A stretch of 64,000 nucleotides of DNA from contig JBEBRZ010000003.1 in assembly GCA_040394615.1 (NCBI GenBank), positions 819-64,818 of the forward strand, written 5' to 3'. Shown one piece after another: positions 9,971-19,092 of the stretch. Within the stretch, counting starts at the first letter, position 1; each line of letters starts with the position of its first letter. The notes beneath the pieces are model-generated. The model was not told the origin of the DNA. It did no database searches and saw only the letters and a list, made by a program, of their open reading frames with translations. Made by a program: the position numbers and the translations under genes. This stretch comes from Sphingobacterium mizutaii (GTDB taxonomy: Bacteria; Bacteroidota; Bacteroidia; Sphingobacteriales; Sphingobacteriaceae).

Positions 9971-11182
9971 CTAAACCTTAATATAGATTTTCTTCTTATC
10001 TAACCAATAACAAATTGCCCACATTAATGCTAGAAAACATAAAGAATATACAAATGACCCTAGTTCCGGAGGACCCGGAATCTTAGCACAAACATGGTTA
10101 TAGAACCACGAAAGTGGATTCGTAAATAAAGCAACTCCCTTTTCGTTAAAACCATTAGGAATCCGAATTAACCCTAATGATTTTGGCAACAAACCACTCA
10201 AAACAAATATGAACAAAGGATTTTTTCCAAATACATCAAAAAACTTTGTCACAAAATTTCTAACGGACTGCACCTCAATATACCATATCATGGTTCCTAT
10301 TGTCAAAATGCCTAAACCTGTTGTATACAATACATAAGAGCTTGTCCAAATCTTTTTATTAATCGGAAATCCCAGAGACCAGATCCATGCCAAACACAAC
10401 AATATGAAGCCTGTTACTAATAAGCCGGACAATAATTTGAAATGAGGTTCATTACTCACCGGAACTTTAGACCACAACCAATCAACCTGCCCCTGTTTCT
10501 TAATGAATACGCCAACAAGGTAACCAAATACTACCTGAATAACCGCCGGTAAAGCACTCATCAATCCCTCAGGATCAAAAGGAATACCCTCTCCTTTATA
10601 CATATGAGCAACCCCTAATATTTGCTTATCAATGGCAGTCCCAAACCATCCTTCCAGTGAATACGGATCTCCTGTTCCTAAAAAGGTACAAAGTCCCCAA
10701 TAAAACAACAATATCGCGGCTGAGATATAAATTAATGTTTTGGGCTTGAAATAGTACACTAGAATAGACGCAAAGAAATAAGCAATGGCAATTCTTTGCA
10801 ACACCCCTAATATCCGAACTCCCTTTTCAGGATCTGTGCTGCTCACCCATTCTCTAAACTGCAAAATACCGTCTGACCACTGTACAAACGGAAACCAATT
10901 TAAACCTAAGCCTATCAGGAATATAAGAACTGAACGTTTGATTACTTTCTTCCAGAACACCTTATCTCCAGCCTCTTGTAATCTGGGAATAACAAAAGAC
11001 ATCGCATTTCCGACGGCAAAAAGAAAGAAAGGGAAAACTAAGTCGGTTGGCGTGCATCCATGCCAAGGTGCATGTTTTAAAGGAGCAAACATATGTGACC
11101 ATGTGCCCGGATTATTTACCATTATCATTAGGGCGACTGTCGCTCCTCTGAAAACATCCAAAGAATAATAACGCTGTTTCAT
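9971..11182 (-). CDS. HGSNAT/NagX-like polytopic membrane acetyltransferase
   Basis: SLDVFRG, MIMVNNPG, KHAPWHGCTPTDLVFPFFLF, GVLQRIA, DPEGLMS and PINKKIWTSSY resemble heparan-alpha-glucosaminide N-acetyltransferase motifs. Confidence 0.88.
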   Translation of the reverse strand: MKQRYYSLDVFRGATVALMIMVNNPGTWSHMFAPLKHAPWHGCTPTDLVFPFFLFAVGNAMSFVIPRLQEAGDKVFWKKVIKRSVLIFLIGLGLNWFPFVQWSDGILQFREWVSSTDPEKGVRILGVLQRIAIAYFFASILVYYFKPKTLIYISAAILLFYWGLCTFLGTGDPYSLEGWFGTAIDKQILGVAHMYKGEGIPFDPEGLMSALPAVIQVVFGYLVGVFIKKQGQVDWLWSKVPVSNEPHFKLLSGLLVTGFILLCLAWIWSLGFPINKKIWTSSYVLYTTGLGILTIGTMIWYIEVQSVRNFVTKFFDVFGKNPLFIFVLSGLLPKSLGLIRIPNGFNEKGVALFTNPLSWFYNHVCAKIPGPPELGSFVYSLCFLALMWAICYWLDKKKIYIKV

Positions 11183-11307
11183 AATTTATCTAATCGAAGT
11201 TACAGTTTTAGAAATAATTATTGCAGAAACATGAATCAATAATCGCTTAATCACCGCAAACACGCAATGAAAAACGCAACATACCTCATATTTTTAATAT
11301 AAACCAC

Positions 11308-11336
11308 AATACTTATTAAAATATTTAAAAAGTATT
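11308..11336. promoter_or_regulatory. Candidate ROK-family operator (29-bp imperfect palindrome)
   Basis: AATACTTATTAAAATATTTAAAAAGTATT contains a TT-N9-AA core and overlaps the -33 TTTG box at 11335-11338. Confidence 0.55.
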
Positions 11337-11367
11337 TGGATGTTAACATTATTTTATCATAACTTTA
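11335..11367 (+). promoter_or_regulatory. Promoter of the ROK-susC-susD operon (TTTG-21 bp-TAACTTTA)
   Basis: -33 TTTG at 11335-11338 and a -7 variant TAACTTTA at 11360-11367, with canonical Bacteroidota spacing. Confidence 0.55.
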
Positions 11368-11392
11368 TCTTTATATTAAATAATCAATTACC

Positions 11393-12574
11393 TTGGAAAG
11401 CCTAAAATTATCGATACTAAAAAGGTTGTACTTTTCTAATCCGCAATCGATTGCCGAACTCAGCACTTCGATCGGCAAAAGTGTCCCTAATATTACCAAT
11501 GCCGTAAACAAATTAGTTCAAAGCAATCTTATCGAGCAAGATGGCCTAGCTCCTTCGACTGGTGGTCGTAGGGCCGCACAATTTGTTCCAAATGACAAAA
11601 AATTACCTTTAATCTTGTCAATTGCCATTGATCAATTCTACACATCCATAGCAATAATTGATTTCAAAAATCAATACAAAGGGGCAATTAACACCGTAGC
11701 AATAGATCTAACATCGGAAGACGCTTTTCAACAGATTATTACATTAATAAAAGAAACGATAGCTACTGTTGATATTCAATTAATCTATGGAATAGGCATT
11801 ACTATCCCAGGGTTTGTAGACAGTAAAACAGGAAGGAACAACTCCTATTCACCTGAATCACCTTTTTACAACCTAAAAAACAATATCCAAAAAGAATTCA
11901 ATCTACCCACATTTGTTGAAAATGATTCTTCTGCCATTGCGATTGCGGAACATCGGTTTGGCAAGGTCAAGAAAGCAGAAAATGTCATGGTCATTAATTT
12001 AAATTGGGGTGTAGGGCTTGGGATGATCATAGATAACATGCTGTATCTGGGACATTCCGGACATGCTGGTGAATTTAGTCATATTCCTCTTTCCTCATCA
12101 AATAAACTTTGTTCCTGCGGCAAAAAAGGTTGCCTGGAGGTAGAGGCATCCTTATTAGCTGCAGTAGAATATGCAACAGATTCTCTGAAATCCGGGGAAG
12201 GATCATCCTTACAACAACTATTCAAGAAACAAAACCACATTACAGGAGATCAACTGCTGACGGCTTCCATTCATGGTGATCAATTAGCTATGGAAGCTAT
12301 CAACCGCATTGGATATATGTTAGGAAAAGGAATTGCTACACTTATTCATATTATCAATCCACAAATGGTGATTATCTCCGGACGAGGTTCTAGAGCAAAA
12401 GAAGTACTTCTTCCAAAAATCCAAAGTGCCATATTAGAATTTAGTATCCATCGCCTTTCCAAAGACACACTAATCGAATTTTCAGATACTGAGAATGTAC
12501 AATTATTAGGTTCAACTTGCATCTGTGTTTTGAATGCAGACAAAAATATATTAAAAGCACATCTAACAGAATAA
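11393..12574 (+). CDS. ROK-family transcriptional repressor (N-terminal HTH), TTG start
   Basis: SIAELSTSIGKSVPNITNAV HTH, GIGITIPG, FVENDSS, GHAGEFSH and the CSCGKKGCLE zinc motif. An in-frame stop at 11381 bounds the ORF upstream. Confidence 0.93.
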   Translation: MESLKLSILKRLYFSNPQSIAELSTSIGKSVPNITNAVNKLVQSNLIEQDGLAPSTGGRRAAQFVPNDKKLPLILSIAIDQFYTSIAIIDFKNQYKGAINTVAIDLTSEDAFQQIITLIKETIATVDIQLIYGIGITIPGFVDSKTGRNNSYSPESPFYNLKNNIQKEFNLPTFVENDSSAIAIAEHRFGKVKKAENVMVINLNWGVGLGMIIDNMLYLGHSGHAGEFSHIPLSSSNKLCSCGKKGCLEVEASLLAAVEYATDSLKSGEGSSLQQLFKKQNHITGDQLLTASIHGDQLAMEAINRIGYMLGKGIATLIHIINPQMVIISGRGSRAKEVLLPKIQSAILEFSIHRLSKDTLIEFSDTENVQLLGSTCICVLNADKNILKAHLTE

Positions 12575-12605
12575 CTGATCTATAATAACTTAAAATAAAC
12601 TACAA

Positions 12606-15600
12606 ATGCACAATTTTTACTCTAAAAGTTGCAGTGTATTGTTGATTATGTTCTTTAGCATTTCTACAATATTTGCACAACAATCTGTTACGGGGAGAGT
12701 AACAGATCGGAATGGTGAAGGGCTTCCTGGCGTGAGTGTAACTGTTGTTGGAACCAACAAAGCTACACAAGCGGACATGGATGGCCGTTTCACCATACAG
12801 GCCGATAATGGTCAGAAGCTACGTTTTACAAACGTGGGTTTTCAGTCAAAAGAAGTTTCGGTAACCTCAACAACTATCAATGTGAGCCTAGAAGAAGACC
12901 AGGGAAATATTGACGAGGTTGTAGTTACTGCAATGGGTATTAAAAGAGCCCCTAAAGAATTAGGGTATGCCATGAGTACTGTTGAAGCAAAAGAGCTGAC
13001 GAAAACGGGTTCGCCAAACTTTGCCGGTGCTTTATACGGCAAGGCTCCTGGAGTACGTATTTCAGCAGCTCCCGGAGGAGCCACTTCAGGTATTAATATT
13101 AATATCCGAGGAACTAACTCCGTTACCGGAAATTCCCAACCATTGGTTATTATTGATGGAATTCCAATGAGACAAACAACTTTTAATAACTCAGATTATT
13201 GGGGAGATCAACGCGCGAGAGGAAATGGATTAGAGGATCTAAACCCTGAAGATATTGAATCAATCTCTGTATTAAAAGGAGCGTCTGCAGCTGCTTTATA
13301 CGGTTCGGAAGCAATGAATGGTGTTGTATTAGTGACGACGAAATCAGGAAAAGGAGGAGAAGGTTTTGCAATTGACTTCAATGCGACCTATACTCATGAT
13401 AGAATCGCATATTTACCCCGATTCCAAGATGTTAGAGGACCGGGATATACCACAGCATATTCTAATGATGGACAGGCTGATGATATGTTTTTCTACTATG
13501 ATCAGAGTAGAGCAATTAACGGTGTCACCCGAGGATTATTACCGGCTACGATAAACTTCGGCCCTAAGTTCGATGGAAAGGATATTATCTCATGGGATGG
13601 AAAAGTTAGACCTTACACTGCCCAGAATTCTTACCAGAATATGTTTAATAACCCAAATAACACAATCTTTAATTTGGCAATTAGTAATACCTCGGATAAA
13701 TCGAACACACGTTTTTCTGTAACGAGACAGGATAATCAAATGACTTCCCTAAGTTCTTTTAACAAGAAAAATGTAGCTAACCTGAATTCAACTATCAAAC
13801 TTTGGGATAAATTGACGACAGATGTGGTGTTGAATTATGTTAACCAACACACTCATAACAGACCTTTCTTGACAGATCGTCTGGTTAACAATTTCACAGG
13901 TATGATTTCGACTTTCGATAACCCTGATTGGTACATAGATAAATATCAAACCAGCTTGGGTTATAAATATGTTACTGGCGCGGATCAAAGTTTAACCCCT
14001 GAAGAAAATTTAACTTATAACGGTTACAAAACCGATGTATTGGATTATATGTGGAATACATTAGCAAGAAATTATGATGAACATTCAAACCGTATAATTG
14101 GATCGGTAACCAATACTTGGCAGGTGTTTGAAGACTTAAGTCTTAGAGCGAGATTCTCAGCAGATATGACATCGGTTAGAACCGATGATGCACAACCTAA
14201 TGAAGTACCTCTGCAGTTCGGTAATAGTGGTTATTTCGGGTTAGGTAATCAAAATGCAAACATATATTACACCGATTTATTAGCTACTTATAACAAACAA
14301 TTAACCGATGATCTTAAATTAGGTGTAATGGCTGGTTATACTGGAACAAAAAGCTTAGACACATATGTTCAAAGAGAAACTAATGGGGGATTATCTGTAA
14401 GGAATTGGTATGACATCAATTCCTCAGTTAATACTATTGGAGGAAACTCAAGATATAACTATCGCAGAAACATGCTTCGCGATGCTGTTTTTGGAACTAT
14501 TAACTTAAATATTAAGGATTATTGGTTTGTTGAAGGAACATTAAGAAGAGAAAGAATTTCAACAATGCATCCTGATAATAATATTTTGTATTATCCTTCT
14601 GTAAATTCGAGTTTAATATTGAATGAAGCCTTTGAATTACCAGAAGTTTTCAATTATGTAAAACTAAGAGGCTCATGGGGTATTGTTGGTAATTATCCGG
14701 ATATCTATAAGAGTGCTTTGAGCTATTCACAACAAACATTGGGAGTTCAATTCGAGAATGGTCCATCCGTAATTTATACAACAGTTCCAACATCAGGCTT
14801 TGGTAATGAAAAGATCAAACCGGAAAGAAAACAAGAAATAGAGTTTGGTCTTGAAACAAGATTGTTTAACAATCGATTAGGATTTGACATTACTTATTAC
14901 AATGGTAGAATTCAAGATCAGATCTTAGATTATACACTTCCTATTTCTATGGGCTCAAGCTCTATAGTTGCAAATGTAGGTACACTTAGAAACAAAGGTT
15001 GGGAATTTGCCATCAATGGCACCCCTTATCAATCAGACGACTTTAAGTGGAATACGATTTTGAACTTCTCTTTTAATAAAAATGTGGTTGAAGAACTACC
15101 TGGTGGTGCTTCCGAATTACTGCACAGAGATTATGATGGCGCTGCAGCACAGCTTGTATCTAAAGTTGGTCAACCTATGGGGGATATTATGGTGCATCCT
15201 ATAGCTACTGATGAGAACGGAAATAAAATCGTTCAGGACAATGGAATTTATCAAATCGATGGCGATACTTGGATTAAAGCCGGAAATGCAATGCCTAAGG
15301 CTGTTGGGGGGTTCATTAATACGTTCACATACAAAAACTTCACCTTAGACGCTTTGATAGATTTTCGTTGGGGTGGACATTCAATGCCTACCGGCATTTA
15401 TTGGATGATGAGCCGCGGTCTATTAGAAGAATCATTAACAGCAATGGATGCGGAACATGGTGGTTTGAGCTATTATATTGATGCTAACGGCAAAGGTGTT
15501 CCTTTCAATGGATCTATTGGTCCAAATGGCCAAACTGTATTCAATGATGGTATGGTAATGGACGGAGTAACATCCGATGGTTCAGCAAATACCAACATAA

Positions 15601-15935
15601 TCTCTCAAGCTACTTATTATGCCAACACCTATAATTGGGGAGGACCTCAATATTCAAGCTCTCGCTATGAGTTATATGTTCAAAAGAATAACTACATTAA
15701 AATGCGTGAGCTATCTCTGGGCTACCGTCTTCCTGCAAGTGTCGCCAATAAATTAAAAGCTAAAAATCTTCAACTTTCTGTATTTGGACGTAATCTATTC
15801 TTTTTGTACAGAAGCTTAAAAGATCTTGACCCTGAACAAATGACAGGTGGATCCAACTGGATTAATAATGTTTCTAATGCCGGAACAAGCCCGGCAACCA
15901 GAACGTATGGTTTAATGCTTCGTGCAAGCTTTTAA
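12606..15935 (+). CDS. SusC/RagA-family TonB-dependent transporter
   Basis: Signal peptide, N-terminal carboxypeptidase-regulatory-like domain, plug motif DLNPEDIESISVLKGASAAALYGS, C-terminal RTYGLMLRASF. Confidence 0.97.
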   Translation: MHNFYSKSCSVLLIMFFSISTIFAQQSVTGRVTDRNGEGLPGVSVTVVGTNKATQADMDGRFTIQADNGQKLRFTNVGFQSKEVSVTSTTINVSLEEDQGNIDEVVVTAMGIKRAPKELGYAMSTVEAKELTKTGSPNFAGALYGKAPGVRISAAPGGATSGININIRGTNSVTGNSQPLVIIDGIPMRQTTFNNSDYWGDQRARGNGLEDLNPEDIESISVLKGASAAALYGSEAMNGVVLVTTKSGKGGEGFAIDFNATYTHDRIAYLPRFQDVRGPGYTTAYSNDGQADDMFFYYDQSRAINGVTRGLLPATINFGPKFDGKDIISWDGKVRPYTAQNSYQNMFNNPNNTIFNLAISNTSDKSNTRFSVTRQDNQMTSLSSFNKKNVANLNSTIKLWDKLTTDVVLNYVNQHTHNRPFLTDRLVNNFTGMISTFDNPDWYIDKYQTSLGYKYVTGADQSLTPEENLTYNGYKTDVLDYMWNTLARNYDEHSNRIIGSVTNTWQVFEDLSLRARFSADMTSVRTDDAQPNEVPLQFGNSGYFGLGNQNANIYYTDLLATYNKQLTDDLKLGVMAGYTGTKSLDTYVQRETNGGLSVRNWYDINSSVNTIGGNSRYNYRRNMLRDAVFGTINLNIKDYWFVEGTLRRERISTMHPDNNILYYPSVNSSLILNEAFELPEVFNYVKLRGSWGIVGNYPDIYKSALSYSQQTLGVQFENGPSVIYTTVPTSGFGNEKIKPERKQEIEFGLETRLFNNRLGFDITYYNGRIQDQILDYTLPISMGSSSIVANVGTLRNKGWEFAINGTPYQSDDFKWNTILNFSFNKNVVEELPGGASELLHRDYDGAAAQLVSKVGQPMGDIMVHPIATDENGNKIVQDNGIYQIDGDTWIKAGNAMPKAVGGFINTFTYKNFTLDALIDFRWGGHSMPTGIYWMMSRGLLEESLTAMDAEHGGLSYYIDANGKGVPFNGSIGPNGQTVFNDGMVMDGVTSDGSANTNIISQATYYANTYNWGGPQYSSSRYELYVQKNNYIKMRELSLGYRLPASVANKLKAKNLQLSVFGRNLFFLYRSLKDLDPEQMTGGSNWINNVSNAGTSPATRTYGLMLRASF

Positions 15936-17530
15936 TGAAAAATAATATGAAAAAGCAACTTATTTTTTTAGGAATCTCCCTAATTACGCTAACATATAAT
16001 AGCTCTTGTAAAAAGGAGTCCTTTGATGACTATTACAGAGATCCTTCTAAAGTGACGGAAACAACAGTTGAGAAACAATTTTCTGGAATGATTTATAATT
16101 ATCGCCAATTGATTGTTCCTGAATATAGAAATCTTTTTGTCACCTTAAGACCAACTATATTTCGATACCTTCATATAACAGGATGGATTAATGAACAAAA
16201 CCAACTGTTACCTGGTGCAGCTGCAATAGAAGACAGATGGTCTAGGTACTATGAAGGTTTGGCTCAATATAAAGAACTTGAAACTATTTATAATAATTCA
16301 ATCGATGTCGAAAAAGAAGAAATGGAAATATTTTTTCTGGCAGCAAAGGTTCTTTTTTATGATCAAACCCAACAAACGGTAGATCTTCACGGAGATATTC
16401 CTTGGTCTAAAGCCGGATTATTAAGCAGAAACAATAGTGACTATCAAAATTCTTATCCGGAATACGATAAAGCCGTTGACATTTACACAACCATGTTAGA
16501 TGATTTAAAGGCGATGAGTACAAAGTTTAGTACTATGGAACTTTCGAACAGTATACAGGATAAATTCAAAGCACAGGATTTAATTAACACAGGAGATCTT
16601 GATCTATGGAGAAGATATTGTAATTCTTTACGATTAAGAATGCTGACCCGTGTTTCTGCAAGTTCTCAATTCTCCGCTAGAGCGAGCCAAGAATTAAATG
16701 AGATTATAAGCAATCCTACTCTTTATCCCCTAATCAATACAAATGCGGAAAATGCACAGTTAGATATTTATAATCTGGATGATAACAGTATCCAAACCAA
16801 AGGTATTAGAGATGCATTCGAAGCCAGTGGATGGTATGCAAATCTAGCTAGCAAAAAAATGGTTGATATAATGACTGAAGATAAAGATCCAAGAATAAAA
16901 ATCATGTTTGAGCCGGGAGAAAACGCTGCTGGTGTAATCAAAGGTTTAGATCAGTCCTTAACAACAGGTGTGCAAACGAATCAAGCATCAGGAGGACAAA
17001 TTGCAATCTACAACAGATCAACGTTTTCCAGAAACCAATATTTCCCCGGAATTCTCTTCTCCGCAACCGAAACGAATCTATTATTAGCTGAATATTATTT
17101 AAATACTGGAAATATTACCGCAGCTAAAGAAAAATTTGAAACGGCAATTAAAGAATCTATTCAACTTTATACCAGTATTCGAAGTAAGAGCAATGATAAT
17201 ACAGTAACTGCCACGCCAGCTCCAACAGTATCAGAAATCAATACTTTTTTAGCTAATGTGAACTTCACATCGGCAAGCAATAAATTAGAATTAATCGCAA
17301 CTCAAAAATGGATTCATTTTAATGTTTTGCAATCTGTTCAAGCTTGGTCAGAAGTAAGAAGACTTGACTATCCTAAGTTCACCTATGTTGTACAGAACTC
17401 AGATATTCAGAAAACTGTACCAGTAAAGTTCACACTTCCACCATCAGAAAGTATTTACAATACTGAAAATTATAATGTAGTAAAAGAACAGGATAATCTA
17501 AGTACAAAACTGTTTTGGGATGTAAATTAA
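15935..17530 (+). CDS. SusD/RagB-family surface glycan-binding lipoprotein
   Basis: Overlaps the susC stop (TAATG). Lipobox NSSC followed by KKESFDD. HGDIPWS, WRRYCNSLRLR, IATQKWI and WSEVRRLDYP. The start may be at 15947. Confidence 0.95.
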   Translation: MKNNMKKQLIFLGISLITLTYNSSCKKESFDDYYRDPSKVTETTVEKQFSGMIYNYRQLIVPEYRNLFVTLRPTIFRYLHITGWINEQNQLLPGAAAIEDRWSRYYEGLAQYKELETIYNNSIDVEKEEMEIFFLAAKVLFYDQTQQTVDLHGDIPWSKAGLLSRNNSDYQNSYPEYDKAVDIYTTMLDDLKAMSTKFSTMELSNSIQDKFKAQDLINTGDLDLWRRYCNSLRLRMLTRVSASSQFSARASQELNEIISNPTLYPLINTNAENAQLDIYNLDDNSIQTKGIRDAFEASGWYANLASKKMVDIMTEDKDPRIKIMFEPGENAAGVIKGLDQSLTTGVQTNQASGGQIAIYNRSTFSRNQYFPGILFSATETNLLLAEYYLNTGNITAAKEKFETAIKESIQLYTSIRSKSNDNTVTATPAPTVSEINTFLANVNFTSASNKLELIATQKWIHFNVLQSVQAWSEVRRLDYPKFTYVVQNSDIQKTVPVKFTLPPSESIYNTENYNVVKEQDNLSTKLFWDVN

Positions 17531-17551
17531 TTACAGTATAACTATCTAAGG

Positions 17552-17580
17552 GAAAGCCACTATATGTGGCTTTTCTTTTA
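17552..17580 (+). terminator. Intra-operon terminator-like hairpin after susD
   Basis: aaagccac-tatat-gtggcttt followed by a T-rich tail. Confidence 0.7.
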
Positions 17581-17596
17581 TAATTTCTCTTAAATC

Positions 17597-19027
17597 ATGA
17601 AAACTAAAATCTTACCATTAGGCCTCTTATTATCCATAAACCTGGTTTTCGGTCAGGCTCATAACGTTTCTTCCGGCTATCAAGCTCCCACCGACGCTCT
17701 AGTTATACAAAATTTAGAACAATGGCAGGACATGAAGTTTGGACTTTTTATGCATTGGGGAACTTATAGTCAGTGGGGAGTTGTAGAAAGTTGGAGTATT
17801 TGCCCTGAAGATGAAGAATGGACCCAACGGAATCCAGAACATGGAAAAACCTATTTTGAGTATGTCAAAAATTATGAAAACTTACAAAAGTCATTTAACC
17901 CTATTGCCTTTAATCCTGAAAAATGGGCTGATGCTGCAAAAGCTGCTGGGATGAAATATGTTGTCTTTACTACAAAACATCATGACGGTTTCGCCATGTT
18001 TGACACAAAAGAATCCGACTATAAAATCACCTCTAAAAACACACCTTATTCTACTAATCCAAAAGCTAACATTACAAAAGAAATCTTTAATTCTTTCCGT
18101 GACCAAGGTTTTAAGGTTGGTGCTTATTTCTCAAAACCAGATTGGCATAATGAAAATTATTGGTGGCCTTACTTTCCTCCAAAAGACAGAAATGTAAATT
18201 ATGATCCTGTTAAATATCCTGACCGTTGGAAAAATTTCAAAACTTATACATACAATCAGATTAAAGAATTAACATCGGAATATGGTAAAATTGATATTCT
18301 TTGGTTAGATGGAGGTTGGGTTAGACCATTAAGTTCCATAGATCCATCTATAGATTGGCAAAGAGGAATAAAAGTAGAACAAGATATAGACATGGACCAA
18401 ATTGGTGGAATGGCAAGAAAAAACCAGCCGGGAATTATTGTAGTCGATCGAACGGTCCCTGGAAAATGGGAAAACTATGTAACTCCTGAACAAGCTATTC
18501 CAGAGAAACCTCTTGATATACCATGGGAAAGCTGCATAACAATGGGTAACTCTTTTTCTTATGTACCAAATGACCACTATAAGCCCACTAAAACAATTGT
18601 TGAAACATTAGTAAAAATTATATCTCGCGGTGGAAATTATCTTATGAATATTGCGCCCGGGCCAAATGGTGATTTTGATCAATCTGCATATGATCGTTTG
18701 GAGGAATTAGCTAAATGGATTGATATCAACAAATCCGCGATTTATGCTACTCGAAGCATTGCTCCCTATCACGATAATGATTATTATTATACTCGTAGTA
18801 AAGATAACCAGACCATTAATGTTTTTCATCTTTCAAGAGGCGAATCATATATTGCCCCAGATAATTTTAGCTTTCAAATACCGGAAAATTCAAAAATTAA
18901 ATCCGTGAAAATCCTAGGGTACCAAGGAAAAATAAAATGGAGTCTTAAAGACACAACTCTTAAAGTTCACAATCCGTCCAAAAACTTAAATTACGCAACA
19001 GTCATTCAGATTAACTTAAAACAGTAG
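17597..19027 (+). CDS. GH29 alpha-L-fucosidase, secreted
   Basis: KFGLFMHWG, AGMKYVVFTTKHHDGF, nucleophile motif ILWLDGG, GGNYLMNIAP. Confidence 0.95.
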   Translation: MKTKILPLGLLLSINLVFGQAHNVSSGYQAPTDALVIQNLEQWQDMKFGLFMHWGTYSQWGVVESWSICPEDEEWTQRNPEHGKTYFEYVKNYENLQKSFNPIAFNPEKWADAAKAAGMKYVVFTTKHHDGFAMFDTKESDYKITSKNTPYSTNPKANITKEIFNSFRDQGFKVGAYFSKPDWHNENYWWPYFPPKDRNVNYDPVKYPDRWKNFKTYTYNQIKELTSEYGKIDILWLDGGWVRPLSSIDPSIDWQRGIKVEQDIDMDQIGGMARKNQPGIIVVDRTVPGKWENYVTPEQAIPEKPLDIPWESCITMGNSFSYVPNDHYKPTKTIVETLVKIISRGGNYLMNIAPGPNGDFDQSAYDRLEELAKWIDINKSAIYATRSIAPYHDNDYYYTRSKDNQTINVFHLSRGESYIAPDNFSFQIPENSKIKSVKILGYQGKIKWSLKDTTLKVHNPSKNLNYATVIQINLKQ

Positions 19028-19032
19028 TAAAT

Positions 19033-19079
19033 TTAAATACAATTCCCTATCTTAATAATAATTAGGGAATTGTATTTAA
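19033..19079. repeat. 17-bp perfect inverted repeat
   Basis: ttaaatacaattcccta - 13-nt loop - tagggaattgtatttaa. No U tract follows it. Confidence 0.8.
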
Positions 19080-19092
19080 TTAACCCATCATT

